Origin: a candidate division WOR-3 bacterium
GTDB lineage: Bacteria; Hydrothermota; UBA3072
Reading direction: 5' to 3'
Length of the DNA stretch: 64,000 nucleotides
NCBI GenBank assembly: GCA_016930175.1
Contig: JAFGHJ010000006.1
Coordinates: 68,086-132,085 of the forward strand
The notes under the pieces are model-generated. The model saw only the letters and a list, made by a program, of their open reading frames with translations. It did not search any database and was not told the DNA's origin. The position numbers were made by a program, and so were the translations under genes. Below are positions 19,165 through 29,056 of the stretch, piece by piece (within the stretch, counting starts at the first letter, position 1; every line of letters begins with the position of its first letter).

Positions 19165-20130
19165 TTACTTTCTTATAACTACAAACACTATATAAAATAT
19201 GTACAAAAGAAGGAGCATTGCTCCTTCTTTTCTTGTTACTTTACTTTTTGTGTAAGCAAACAAAAGAAACACAACAGAGATTCCGATACCTGTTAAAAAA
19301 TCTTTGAACGCCAACAAAGGAAACTCAATCGGGCGAAGAACGGAAGTTAAGCCGAGCACAAAAAGAATGTTAAAAACATTACTTCCAACTACGTTACCTA
19401 TAGCGATATCCGCTTCTCCCTTTTTCATCGCGGAAAGAGAGGTTGCCGCTTCGGGAAGGGAGGTTCCAACAGCTATTACAGTAACACTTATTAAAAGCTC
19501 CGAGACACCCAATCTTCTTGCTATTATTGCCGCATTGCCCACAATAAGGTGCGCTCCAAAAAGAACGCCAACAATACCTACGATTGTTAAGGCAGAAGCT
19601 TTTAATATTTCTTTTTGCGAATGCTTTATTTTTTGTGTTTCCATGTTTAGGAAAAAAAGCTTTCTATCTCTTTTCGCCATCGAATAAAGATAATGAAGAT
19701 AAAGAGAAAAGAGAATAAGAAGGATCATTCCATCAAGCCTGGAAAGATACATCGTGCTCTTTCCATGCCAATCGTCACGAACCATAAAAAGAGTCAAAAT
19801 AAACACAAAAAGACAAAAAGGTGTCTCCTTCTTTATCGTTGACTCCGTAGCTTGAACTGACCAGACAAGCGCTCCGAGACCGATAACAAGGCCAATATTT
19901 GCTATGTTGCTGCCCAGGATATTACCAAAAGAAATCGAAGGATAAGACGAAATAGCCGCCTTAATTGAAACGGCTGCCTCGGGAGCGCTGGTCCCAAAAG
20001 CTGTAACAGAAAGGCCAATAAACAGAGACGAAAAACCAAAAATTTTTGCGAGCCCGACCGCTCCGTCGATCATATAATCTGCACCTTTTACAAGTAAGGC
20101 AATCCCGATAAGTAAGAGCAAATAAATCAT
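19165..20130 (-). CDS. Ca2+:cation antiporter (CaCA / YrbG family, Na+/Ca2+ exchanger)
   Basis: Two internally repeated alpha-repeat regions (GNAAIIARRLGVSELLISVTVIAVGTSLPE and GDAVGLAKIFGFSSLFIGLSVTAFGTSAPE). I take the start at MIYLLLL. Confidence 0.7.
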   Translation of the reverse strand: MIYLLLLIGIALLVKGADYMIDGAVGLAKIFGFSSLFIGLSVTAFGTSAPEAAVSIKAAISSYPSISFGNILGSNIANIGLVIGLGALVWSVQATESTIKKETPFCLFVFILTLFMVRDDWHGKSTMYLSRLDGMILLILFSLYLHYLYSMAKRDRKLFFLNMETQKIKHSQKEILKASALTIVGIVGVLFGAHLIVGNAAIIARRLGVSELLISVTVIAVGTSLPEAATSLSAMKKGEADIAIGNVVGSNVFNILFVLGLTSVLRPIEFPLLAFKDFLTGIGISVVFLLFAYTKSKVTRKEGAMLLLLYIFYIVFVVIRK

Positions 20131-20369
20131 TTGTTTGAAAATAAAAAACAAGCAGTTTTTGTCAATAGGAAAAAACCTCTGGCAGAAAAAGACGGCATGC
20201 ATAAAAACGTCCTGTCGCAGAATTGTCGAGAGAAAGAAAAACCCTCCCTTTCCTCAACAAAGACTTGACTTATATCAAATCTTTATTATAATTTTGCTGA
20301 TTTAGCGTAAAAAATAGATAAAAAGGCAAAACAAAGAAAGCTAAAACCTTTAAAGGAGGTGGTTTATTT

Positions 20370-20549
20370 TTGCCAGGAGTAACAATAAAAGAAGGAGAAT
20401 CTTTCGAAAAAGCTTTTAAACGATTTAAACGTTTGTGCGAGAAAGAAAAAATAAGAAGCGAAATAAAAAAACATCAGCATTACGAAAAACCTAGTGAAAA
20501 AAGACAAAGGAAACGCAAAGATGCTCAAAAAGGAAGAAGGAGCCGTTAA
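20370..20549 (+). CDS. rpsU: 30S ribosomal protein S21 with a TTG start. Not in the ORF track.
   Basis: My translation is (M)[58 protein letters not shown], a canonical S21. RBS AAAGGAGG sits 9 nt upstream of the TTG. The listed minus-strand ORF 20364..20555 is the spurious antisense. Confidence 0.85.
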   Translation: MPGVTIKEGESFEKAFKRFKRLCEKEKIRSEIKKHQHYEKPSEKRQRKRKDAQKGRRSR

Positions 20550-20625
20550 CGCCAAACAATTTCCTGACGCTTTTTGATGTAAACCCTTTCAGTATCTCCT
20601 TAAAATCATTTTCAAATAAATTAAA

Positions 20626-21150
20626 ATGAATTTATTTGATTTAATATCTATTTTAGTTATCATCGGTTTTTGCCTATGGGGGACTATAAAAGGGTTTATT
20701 ATTGAGATTTCTGAGATAGGCGGGCTAATAATCTCTTTCATTCTTGCAATGTATCTCCCCTTAGGTTTAGAAATGGGAGTGGTTAAATATGTTGTGAGTT
20801 TTCTTGTTTACTTCTTTACAATCAGCATTTTTTTTTCTATCTTATCAAAAATCATTCATAAAACACCCCTTGCTTTTTTCGATAGAATACTTGGAGCCGT
20901 AGTAGGTACCATAAAAGGAATAATTGTAGTAATAATACTTTTTCTCATTATAAGTTTAGTCCCTGTTAACGAAACCCATAGCAATTTAAGCGATAGTTTC
21001 TTTTATAAAACGGCTATTAATGTAAAAAACCCTTTAAAAACCTTTTTAAAAGGAAGAATAAAAGGGCTCGACCACTATAAAGAAAAAATACCTCTTCCGC
21101 AAAAAGAAGAAAACGAAAGCGAACCTGAGGACAAGATTATTAAAATATAA
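20626..21150 (+). CDS. CvpA-family membrane protein (colicin V production protein-like)
   Basis: 174 aa with four hydrophobic helices. The N-terminus LFDLISILVIIGFCLWGTIKGFI is typical of CvpA. Confidence 0.55.
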   Translation: MNLFDLISILVIIGFCLWGTIKGFIIEISEIGGLIISFILAMYLPLGLEMGVVKYVVSFLVYFFTISIFFSILSKIIHKTPLAFFDRILGAVVGTIKGIIVVIILFLIISLVPVNETHSNLSDSFFYKTAINVKNPLKTFLKGRIKGLDHYKEKIPLPQKEENESEPEDKIIKI

Positions 21151-23267
21151 TGAAAAAACTTGCAAGCAGAATTGGATTAGATTTGCTGTTAGATAAAATT
21201 TCCGCTTATGCTGATTCGCAAGCCGGGAGAACAGCGGTTTTAAGTTTAAACCCGACTATTTCGAAAGAGCATAGACTCAGCGCCTTTAAAAATTTAGGGG
21301 AGATAAAACAGGTAATACGCCTGATTCCCAGTCTACAAATTTTAAAAAACGAGCGAGTTCCCGAAAAGGGCAAAATCTTATCGGGAGAAACACTCCTCTA
21401 TTACAAAAAGCTGTTAGATTTATCTAATGAGATTAAAAGCATGCTTATAGATAATGAAGCCCTGGAAGAACTGGAGAACCGCTTAGATCCTCTTGCCCCT
21501 CTCGTAAAAGAAATAACTAAATTTATAGACGAAAACGGCTCTGTCATCCCCACGTCTACTCCGGCATTAAAATCTTTCTACAGAGAAAAAGCTTCTGTTG
21601 AAAACCAAATAGAAAAAAGTCTCGACTACTTTTTACGAGAAAAGGGACACCTTCTTCAGGACAATATTATAACTACCCGATTGGGTAGAACTGTTATTCC
21701 GGTTAAATACGACAAAAAAGACCAAATACAAGGAATAATAGTTGATCTTTCCCGTACACAGAACACGGCTTTTATAGAACCTGGCGAAATAGTAACCCTC
21801 AATAACAGAATCTCAGAGCTAGAAAAAGACATAGGCGCAGAAAAGAAAAGAATTCTTAAATACCTAACCGATAAAGTTACAGAACGGTTTGATACTATCG
21901 AAAAAAACGCCAAAACTCTTACAGAAATAGACTCCCTTAAAGCCCGAACTCTTTACGCAGAAGAATTCAAATGCATTATACCGGATTTCCCCGAAAGCAG
22001 TACATTGAAACTGAAAGAATGCTACCATCCACTACTGCTGGGCGAACAGAAAAAAGTTGAACCCCTGGATTTAGAAATAGGAGAAAAAGAAAGAATTCTT
22101 CTTATCAGCGGGCCAAATGCCGGAGGGAAAACCGTTCTTCTTAAGAATGTCGGAATAAATATTTTATCCTCGCTTGCCGGTATTCCTATCCCGGCAAAAG
22201 AAGGCAGCGAAATCGGATCCTTTACAAATATCGCAGGAATAATTGAAGACGAGCAGTCTATGGAAGAAAGTCTATCCTCCTTTTCTTCATATATTGTTCG
22301 CCTTAAAGAAATACTCCGCAACGCTGACAACAATTGCCTGATTCTCCTCGACGAGCTCGGAGGCAATACTGACCCCGTCGAGGGCAGCGCTCTCTCAATC
22401 GCGCTTCTTAACGCTTTAAAAGATAACGGAAGTCTGGTTATTGCCACAACTCACCTTAGCCCCCTCAAATTTTATGTTGAAGAACAAGAAGGAATGATTA
22501 ACGGTTCGATGGAATACGAAAACGGACCAACATACCATCTGCAGATCGGGATTCCGGGAGGCTCAAGAGCTATAGCAACAGCTGAGAAATTCGGCTTACC
22601 CAAGAAGCTTATTTCCGACGCAAAGAGTTTTGTTGACTCAGAAATCTTCAAAGCGGAAACATTAATAGAGGAACTCTCACTAAGAAAAAGAAAATTGCGC
22701 GAACAGGAAAAAGAACTTTCCCGACTTAAAAGAGACTTTTCGAAAACAAAAGAAGAATACGACAAGAAACTGAAAAACGCACAAGAAGAAAAGAAAAAAA
22801 TCCTACACGAAGCAAAAGAAAAAGCCGAAAGCATGGTAATCGAGGCTCGAGCTCTGGTGGAAAGAACCATTAAAGAAATACAAGAATCTAAAGCATCAAA
22901 AGAATCGATAAAAAAATACAAAAAAACCTTCGCCTCTCTCCAGGCTAAAGAAAAGAAAATCAAAACCGAACCCATCAAGACCTCAGACAAATCGCTTGAT
23001 ATCAAATATCATGTTGATCTGGAGCTCCCGTTTGAAATTTCTGTCCGCGGCATGACAAAAGAGGAAGCATGGAAAGTAGCAGACAAATTTCTTGACAAAG
23101 CAGTCGTTGCGAATTATAATTCAGTAAGAATCGTCCATGGAAAAGGGAGCTGGATATTACGCAACATGCTACACAAAAAACTAAAAAAAGACAGGAGGGT
23201 AAAAAGCATAGATACGCCATCCCATTACGAAGGAGGAGAAGGAGTCACAGTCGCCTTTCTAAAATAA
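21150..23267 (+). CDS. mutS2: Endonuclease MutS2
   Basis: 705 aa. Walker A (GPNAGGKTV), the MutS ABC ATPase, a coiled-coil linker and a C-terminal Smr domain (VRIVHGKGS). Confidence 0.9.
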   Translation: MKKLASRIGLDLLLDKISAYADSQAGRTAVLSLNPTISKEHRLSAFKNLGEIKQVIRLIPSLQILKNERVPEKGKILSGETLLYYKKLLDLSNEIKSMLIDNEALEELENRLDPLAPLVKEITKFIDENGSVIPTSTPALKSFYREKASVENQIEKSLDYFLREKGHLLQDNIITTRLGRTVIPVKYDKKDQIQGIIVDLSRTQNTAFIEPGEIVTLNNRISELEKDIGAEKKRILKYLTDKVTERFDTIEKNAKTLTEIDSLKARTLYAEEFKCIIPDFPESSTLKLKECYHPLLLGEQKKVEPLDLEIGEKERILLISGPNAGGKTVLLKNVGINILSSLAGIPIPAKEGSEIGSFTNIAGIIEDEQSMEESLSSFSSYIVRLKEILRNADNNCLILLDELGGNTDPVEGSALSIALLNALKDNGSLVIATTHLSPLKFYVEEQEGMINGSMEYENGPTYHLQIGIPGGSRAIATAEKFGLPKKLISDAKSFVDSEIFKAETLIEELSLRKRKLREQEKELSRLKRDFSKTKEEYDKKLKNAQEEKKKILHEAKEKAESMVIEARALVERTIKEIQESKASKESIKKYKKTFASLQAKEKKIKTEPIKTSDKSLDIKYHVDLELPFEISVRGMTKEEAWKVADKFLDKAVVANYNSVRIVHGKGSWILRNMLHKKLKKDRRVKSIDTPSHYEGGEGVTVAFLK

Positions 23268-23268
23268 T

Positions 23269-23661
23269 ATGTTTTCCTTGTTTTTAATAATTTCCAAATC
23301 CACAAAAACCGCAATGCTGCTTACGACTCTTATCCCAGGCGGAGGACAATTTTACACGGAAAGATATTTTAAAGGCATAATCGTAGGCGGAGCACAATCT
23401 TATATTATTTATAGAGGCATACAGACACAACTAAGGCTAAACGATTTGGACAGAGAACTCAATTTATCGCCGATAGAAGAGGAAGAAAAACAAACGCTGC
23501 TTGACCAGAGAAGAGAAATCGCATGGTGGATGGCCCTGGTTTGGACAATAGGAATACTGGATGCCTACGTCGACGCTCAGCTCTACGGTTTCGAAAGCGA
23601 CCTTACAATCGACAAAACAGGCTCTCCAAAAGTAGAACTGTCCTTAAAAATACATTATTGA
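23269..23661 (+). CDS. DUF5683-like small membrane protein with the LIPGGGQFY motif
   Basis: 130 aa. The motif TLIPGGGQFYTERYFKG matches the PGxGQxY hairpin seen in the two TPR paralogues at 13-15 kb. Confidence 0.45.
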   Translation: MFSLFLIISKSTKTAMLLTTLIPGGGQFYTERYFKGIIVGGAQSYIIYRGIQTQLRLNDLDRELNLSPIEEEEKQTLLDQRREIAWWMALVWTIGILDAYVDAQLYGFESDLTIDKTGSPKVELSLKIHY

Positions 23662-23678
23662 TGTTTCACGTGAAACAT
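23661..23678. repeat. Perfect 18-bp palindrome ATGTTTCACGTGAAACAT containing the rsmG start codon. An identical copy lies at 24227-24244.
   Basis: Exact self-complementary sequence read directly from the window. The second copy is extended to 22 bp (cg...cg) immediately after the rsmG stop. Confidence 0.6.
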
Positions 23679-24224
23679 TTTCTAGAAGAAATCCTAAAAG
23701 AATTAAACATTTATCCAAACAACAAAACGACCGATAAGCTACTAATGTATCTCGAAGAACTCATGCGGTGGAACAAAAAAATAAATTTAATCTCAAGAAA
23801 ACTAAAAAAAGAAGAAGTTCTCAAAAAACTACTTGTCCCCTCCCTTCTGCCATACAAGATAATAAAAGAGGGAGAAAAAATTCTTGATTTCGGCGCGGGA
23901 GGAGGATTAGCGAGCATTCCTTTAAAAATTTTAAAGGAAAGGATCACTCTTCACCTCTTAGAATCAAAAAACAAGCCGGCTTCTTTCCTTGAGTACATTT
24001 CTTTTGCACTCGATCTAAATCTTAAAATTATAAAAGCTTTCGTACGCGAGGCAGGAGATATCGAAGAACGATACGACTGGGTGTTCGCTCGTGCCATAAA
24101 ACCCGAACAAATACCAAAGGGGTTAGCCCCCAAAGTTCTATATTACGGCAAATATGGCGGAGATATCTTTATTCTCAAGGACGAGCTAACCTTTAAAGGA
24201 GCCACGCTCTCGATTTTAACCTGA
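23661..24224 (+). CDS. rsmG: 16S rRNA (guanine527-N7)-methyltransferase
   Basis: 187 aa from MFHVKHF. The GidB-type SAM-binding motif ILDFGAGGGLASIPL is present. The start overlaps the upstream stop (TGATG). The listed ORF 23523.. is a spurious 5' extension. Confidence 0.8.
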   Translation: MFHVKHFLEEILKELNIYPNNKTTDKLLMYLEELMRWNKKINLISRKLKKEEVLKKLLVPSLLPYKIIKEGEKILDFGAGGGLASIPLKILKERITLHLLESKNKPASFLEYISFALDLNLKIIKAFVREAGDIEERYDWVFARAIKPEQIPKGLAPKVLYYGKYGGDIFILKDELTFKGATLSILT

Positions 24225-24391
24225 CGATGTTTCACGTGAAACATCGAAGACACAAAGCCCTGCCCAACCTATTGTTGTGTTTATAAAACAACAAATTTTT
24301 TTCTCTGTTTTCTCTGTTGTAAAAAATTTGGGGTAGTTGGCTGGGCTTCGAACTACAGCAAATCCTGTAATCTGCGTTTATATGCATCCTG

Positions 24392-25291
24392 CTATTTTCG
24401 TTTCTCGTATTCCCTTTCGGCCAACGCAATAGCGCCAAGAACGCCAGCGTTATCTCCCAGTTTTGGCAGAACCATATATTCCTCGATATTATTCGTAATT
24501 TCTGGTACCTTAATATAATTATTAACCAGAAATTTTACTCTTTTGTGAATGAGAGGCAGTAATTGTTTTTGTTTCATAACCCCGCCTCCCAGAATAATCT
24601 TCCGGGGAGACAAAGTGCAGATATAATTTATTACTGCTAAAGAAATATATTTTGCCTCAAGGTCCCAGGCGGGGTGATCTTTGTCTAGTTTTTCTCCCGG
24701 TCTACCCCAACGGTCTTTTATAGCAGAGCCTGATGCCAAACCTTCAAAGCAATTCTTGTGAAAAGGGCATATCCCTTCATAAGGATCAGCTTTTTTATCA
24801 TGTGGAATAAATATATGTCCCATTTCAGGATGAACTAGTCCGTGTAAAAATTCTCCATTTATTATTCCCCCTCCTCCAATACCCGTACCAATTGTAATAT
24901 AAATAAAATCCGATATGTCTTGCGCAGCACCCCACTTTTGTTCTCCGAGAGCAGCCGCGTTTACATCGGTATCAAAGCCTACCGGAACGTCAAAGGCTCC
25001 TTTTATTTTACCGTAAAAATTCGTGTTTTGCCATTTAATTTTCGGGGTAGATGTTATATATCCATAAGTAGGTGAACCTTTTTTTAAGTCAACAGGGCCA
25101 AAAGAGCCGATGCCTATAGCCAACATCTCCCCTCTTTTATTCTGTTTTTCAAAATATTCAATTAACTTATCTACGGTTTCGGTTGGAGTTGTAGTCTCAA
25201 AACGAAATTTGTCTATTAAATCCCCGCGGTTTGTGCCCACCCCACAGACAAATTTTGTACCACCAGCTTCTATTCCGCCAAATAGACTCAT
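24392..25291 (-). CDS. ROK-family glucokinase / sugar kinase
   Basis: 299 aa. The N-terminal GIEAGGTKFVCGVG ATP-binding motif and the ROK signature region (HxGHxxxxxxGxxCxCGxxGC-like: HPEMGHIF...CPFHKNCFEG) are both present. Confidence 0.8.
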   Translation of the reverse strand: MSLFGGIEAGGTKFVCGVGTNRGDLIDKFRFETTTPTETVDKLIEYFEKQNKRGEMLAIGIGSFGPVDLKKGSPTYGYITSTPKIKWQNTNFYGKIKGAFDVPVGFDTDVNAAALGEQKWGAAQDISDFIYITIGTGIGGGGIINGEFLHGLVHPEMGHIFIPHDKKADPYEGICPFHKNCFEGLASGSAIKDRWGRPGEKLDKDHPAWDLEAKYISLAVINYICTLSPRKIILGGGVMKQKQLLPLIHKRVKFLVNNYIKVPEITNNIEEYMVLPKLGDNAGVLGAIALAEREYEKRK

Positions 25292-25344
25292 CTACAACTC
25301 CTTTATTTTTTTTCTATAGAAAACTTTGAACGAAAAGAATCAAA

Positions 25345-26229
25345 TTATCTTGTTTTGTCAAAAACCAATTCTCTCTGCATATTTAATACTTGCCCAATCG
25401 GCTTTCCCGAAACGCTCATCTCCATTATCAAATCTTCATTAATTACTGCATATTCAATCTGGTGATCATTAAGAGAAACCCAAAAACTGCCCCAACAACA
25501 TGATCTGCCTTTCACGCTCAAAACATCCTTTTCCGATTCTACAGGATTTGAAAGAGATTTAAACTCTAACAAGGCGCACTCTTCTCCGTCTTTTTTAGCA
25601 ACACCACTCCATATCAATTTTAAATTCTTTGTTTTTAGAAGCGCGAAATTTTGCGCTTCCACTTCTTTTGTTTCTAAATCTTCAGAAAAATATGGTTTGT
25701 TGTACTCAATACTATCCACCGCAACATATGCCAACTCAAGCCAGGGAGCATCCCAGATGAGCGTTTTCATATAGGTCCTGTCTTCTTCAGGAAAATCTTC
25801 ATAAAACTCCTCTGTCAGTATCGTATCGGAAAGAGAATAAGTAAATCCCTCCATATAATCCAGAGGTTTACCGTCCGGAAATTCTCCCTCTGTATCTCTG
25901 GTCGAAAACATCCTAACATTATTCCATCTGCAAATAACCTCTTTTTCTTCTACCGAGCGAACAAAGCTTGCCTTTATCTGCATACTGCTTACAACGCCCC
26001 CCCCTAATTCCCGATTATACAATGTTGAAGTTACGTTATAATGTTGAGGAATACTCTCATCAAATTTAAGAGACCCCTGTCGCTCCAGACACTCATCTAA
26101 AGCCCTTGCTTCTTCGACCTCTACCACCTCTGCTTCCGGCTCCTTACGACAACACGAAAAACTACCGACAAAAAGAATCACCAATAATAAAATTTGAGCT
26201 ATTGAGAAAAAACTTTTTTTGTAGAACAT
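25345..26229 (-). CDS. Secreted hypothetical protein
   Basis: 294 aa with an N-terminal signal peptide (IAQILLLVILFVGSFSC). No recognisable domain. Confidence 0.35.
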   Translation of the reverse strand: MFYKKSFFSIAQILLLVILFVGSFSCCRKEPEAEVVEVEEARALDECLERQGSLKFDESIPQHYNVTSTLYNRELGGGVVSSMQIKASFVRSVEEKEVICRWNNVRMFSTRDTEGEFPDGKPLDYMEGFTYSLSDTILTEEFYEDFPEEDRTYMKTLIWDAPWLELAYVAVDSIEYNKPYFSEDLETKEVEAQNFALLKTKNLKLIWSGVAKKDGEECALLEFKSLSNPVESEKDVLSVKGRSCCWGSFWVSLNDHQIEYAVINEDLIMEMSVSGKPIGQVLNMQRELVFDKTR

Positions 26230-26651
26230 TTAACCCCCTTGCTTTAAACTTGTTTATTCCCTTTTCCCCTTGTTCCCGACAGGAGAAAAAGTTTTGTTAT
26301 ATTAAAACACATAATTTTAAAAACTATGCTCTCTAACTCTTTTTTATTTTAACAGAAAACAACCTTTCTGTCAAGCATGTTTTTGAAACAAAAAAAACAA
26401 AAGCCCCTTATTATACTAGAAAACATGCGGCATTTACAACAAAAAACAAAAACGCCTTAACGCCGCCTTAAAACTACATAAAGCCAATAACAGATTTAAG
26501 TCCTTGTATTACAGGAGGATAGCTCCTTACCTTTAGAATCGCTTGTTTTTTTAAGGTTAAGGGGCGATCTAAAAGCTTGACAATTATGGGTGTTAATTTA
26601 TATCTTATTAGGTGATATGTTATTTTATTGTTTGGTTTTGGAGGGTATATT

Positions 26652-27521
26652 ATGAAACTAAAAAATAACAGTAAGGCTGTGGAGCTTCTGCTTGAGTCCT
26701 ACGGAAAAGACAAAACTCCCTTTTTTACAGAGCTCACGCAAAAGTTCTCTTCGAGGAAGTATCCTTTCGAAGAGATCAATTTAATAAAACAAGTTCTTTT
26801 CCCTGCATACTGGAACTGTGGAATTATTGCCAGCGGAAAAAACATAAAAGGTCTCATTTTAAAAATTGAAGCTTTAGGGAAACAATTTAGCGAAGGAATC
26901 AGTCCTTACGTAGAAGATAAAAAGGAAGTAGAGCAAATAGTCAATAAGGTATTGGAAAATCTAGGTGAAGTAAGGGAAAAACTAAAGAAAGATGTCGAAG
27001 CAGCGTACATAGGAGACCCGGCTGCCAAGACCTATACCGAAATAATTCGCTCTTATCCGGGGTTCCTTGCTATAGAAATTCACAGAGTGTCTCACCTTCT
27101 GTATAAATTCGGTGCAAAAGGCTACTCCAGGGAAATTTCAGAAGTTATTCATTCGGAAACAGGAATAGACATTCATCCGGGAGCAAAAATAGGCAATTAT
27201 TTTTTTATAGACCACGGAACCGGAGTGGTAATAGGTGAAACATCCGTTATAGGAGATTGGGTGAGAATTTATCAGGATGTGACGCTCGGAGTTTTGCATT
27301 TCGAAAAAGAAAAGGAAGGAGACATAAGAAAAGATTATAAGAGACACCCAGATATTGGCGATCACGTCGTGATCGGAGCCGGTGCTAAAATACTGGGCCC
27401 TGTAAAAATCGGGAACCATGTCAATATCGGAGCCAACTCCTGGATTACCGAAGACATTCCCGACTACACATCCGTCTTTGTGGCTGAACATCCTCGTCTT
27501 GAAAAGAGGAAGAAAATATAA
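26652..27521 (+). CDS. cysE: Serine O-acetyltransferase
   Basis: Left-handed beta-helix hexapeptide repeats and the CysE N-terminal helical domain ([20 protein letters not shown]). RBS GGAGGG precedes the ATG at 26652. Confidence 0.85.
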   Translation: MKLKNNSKAVELLLESYGKDKTPFFTELTQKFSSRKYPFEEINLIKQVLFPAYWNCGIIASGKNIKGLILKIEALGKQFSEGISPYVEDKKEVEQIVNKVLENLGEVREKLKKDVEAAYIGDPAAKTYTEIIRSYPGFLAIEIHRVSHLLYKFGAKGYSREISEVIHSETGIDIHPGAKIGNYFFIDHGTGVVIGETSVIGDWVRIYQDVTLGVLHFEKEKEGDIRKDYKRHPDIGDHVVIGAGAKILGPVKIGNHVNIGANSWITEDIPDYTSVFVAEHPRLEKRKKI

Positions 27522-27522
27522 A

Positions 27523-28443
27523 ATGGATATAGCAGCAAACAACATTTTGAATTTTATTGGAAATACGCCTGTCGTAAAACTTAACAAAATACCGGATAGA
27601 AATTACGCTGAAGTTTATTGCAAGCTAGAATTTTTCAATCCCCTCGGGTCCGTCAAAGACAGAATTGCGCTTTACATGATAGAAGACGCTGAAAGAAGAG
27701 GCAAGATTCATCCCGGAGACACTCTAATAGAACCGACAAGCGGAAACACGGGAATTGGTCTTGCTTATGTAACTGCCGTCAAAGGATATAAACTAATACT
27801 TGTTATGCCCGACACTATGAGTAAAGAGCGAATAAAAATATTAAAGGCTCTGGGAGCAGCAGTTGTTTTAACCGGCGGAGCTCTCGGGATGAAAGGAGCA
27901 GTAGAAAAAGCTGCGGATCTTTCAAAAACAAAAGGATACTTTTCTCCGGGGCAATTCACAAATCCCGTAAATCCGGAAGCACACAGAAAAACAACGGCGA
28001 AGGAAATTTTAAAACAAGTCCCGGAGATCGACGTTTTTGTCGCCGGGGTAGGAACGGGAGGAACAATAACCGGGGTTGGAGAAGTTCTAAAAAAGGAAAT
28101 TAAGAACAAAAAAATTCTTATTGTCGCAGTAGAACCGGAAGGCTCTCCTGTACTATCTGGAGGGCGATCAGGTCCGCACAAAATTCAAGGTATAGGTGCG
28201 GGTTTTATCCCTGAAGTTTTAAATATAGAAATAATCGATGAGATAATAAAGGTAAAAAACGAAGACGCGTTCCTGACTTCAAGAAGGCTTGCACGTGAAG
28301 AAGGAATCTTCGCCGGCGTATCCTCGGGGGCGGCTTTATGGGCTGCTTTAAAAATAGCACAAGAGCTACCTAAAGAAAAAAAAGTAGTCTCAATCTTACC
28401 CGATACAGGAGAGCGCTACCTCAGTACAGATTTGTTTTCTTAA
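27523..28443 (+). CDS. cysK: Cysteine synthase A (O-acetylserine sulfhydrylase)
   Basis: PLP-lysine motif region ([11 protein letters not shown]), the glycine-rich loop GTGGTITG, and NTGIGLA. Starts at MDIAANN, 2 nt after the cysE stop. Confidence 0.9.
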   Translation: MDIAANNILNFIGNTPVVKLNKIPDRNYAEVYCKLEFFNPLGSVKDRIALYMIEDAERRGKIHPGDTLIEPTSGNTGIGLAYVTAVKGYKLILVMPDTMSKERIKILKALGAAVVLTGGALGMKGAVEKAADLSKTKGYFSPGQFTNPVNPEAHRKTTAKEILKQVPEIDVFVAGVGTGGTITGVGEVLKKEIKNKKILIVAVEPEGSPVLSGGRSGPHKIQGIGAGFIPEVLNIEIIDEIIKVKNEDAFLTSRRLAREEGIFAGVSSGAALWAALKIAQELPKEKKVVSILPDTGERYLSTDLFS

Positions 28444-28622
28444 AGATCCTTCGGATCAGTTAAATAGAAAAATGGGAAAATGGTTAAATAGTAAAAAAAC
28501 TACAATATCTACATGTCCCACATTTAAAAATTTTTGGGGCACGGGATGGGTTGTAAAGAAACAAATTAAATTCTTGGGTATGGTGGGCTTTGTGCCTTAG
28601 TGCCTTCGTGGCAGATATAATT

Positions 28623-29048
28623 ATGGAAGAAATAGGAAAAGTTATCAAAACGAATAAAAACAGGGCAATAGTTTTAATAGAGCTTCCCCAGAGCTGTGAT
28701 TCCTGCGAGTTTGCCAAATTTTGCCGCATCGACAAAAACGGAAGAGAAATAGTTTGCAGAAATGAAAAAGGTGCAAAAGTAGGAGATATTGTTCAGATTG
28801 AGACAAGCAACAAAAATGTTTTCAAGGCAATGGTACTACATTTTCTTTTACCTCTTTTCTTTCTTACCGGCGGAGTACTGGCAGGGAAGAAACTCTGGCA
28901 AACAGATCTCAAAGGTTTTATGCTTGGTATGTTTCTAATGGTTATGTATTTTTCTCTATTTTTATTTATTGACAAAAAAATGTTAAAAAGCGGTCAACTC
29001 TTGCCTGAAATAGTAAAGATAACAGAAAAAAGAACTCCGTCAGCTTAG
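28623..29048 (+). CDS. RseC/MucC-family protein (SoxR-reducing system / sigma-E positive regulator-like)
   Basis: 141 aa. An N-terminal Cys cluster (CDSCEFAKFC) is followed by two TM helices, which is the RseC architecture. Confidence 0.45.
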   Translation: MEEIGKVIKTNKNRAIVLIELPQSCDSCEFAKFCRIDKNGREIVCRNEKGAKVGDIVQIETSNKNVFKAMVLHFLLPLFFLTGGVLAGKKLWQTDLKGFMLGMFLMVMYFSLFLFIDKKMLKSGQLLPEIVKITEKRTPSA

Positions 29049-29056
29049 TAAACTCT

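Noticed and set aside
20364-20555. Minus-strand 63-aa ORF
   Set aside because: It is antisense to the rpsU gene (TTG start) on the + strand. The translation is Phe/Ser-rich nonsense.
23523-23660. 5' extension of the rsmG ORF
   Set aside because: It would overlap the DUF5683-like gene by 138 nt in another frame. A GidB N-terminus begins at the MFHVKHF ATG, which is coupled to the upstream stop.
24225-24391. Possible tRNA; the segment ggcttcgaact resembles a T-loop
   Set aside because: I could not build a cloverleaf, and there is no acceptor-stem complementarity. I recognised no tRNA, rRNA, tmRNA or RNase P anywhere in the window.
27418-27522. 5' extension of the cysK ORF
   Set aside because: It overlaps the cysE 3' end. 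The CysK N-terminus aligns from MDIAANN at 27523.
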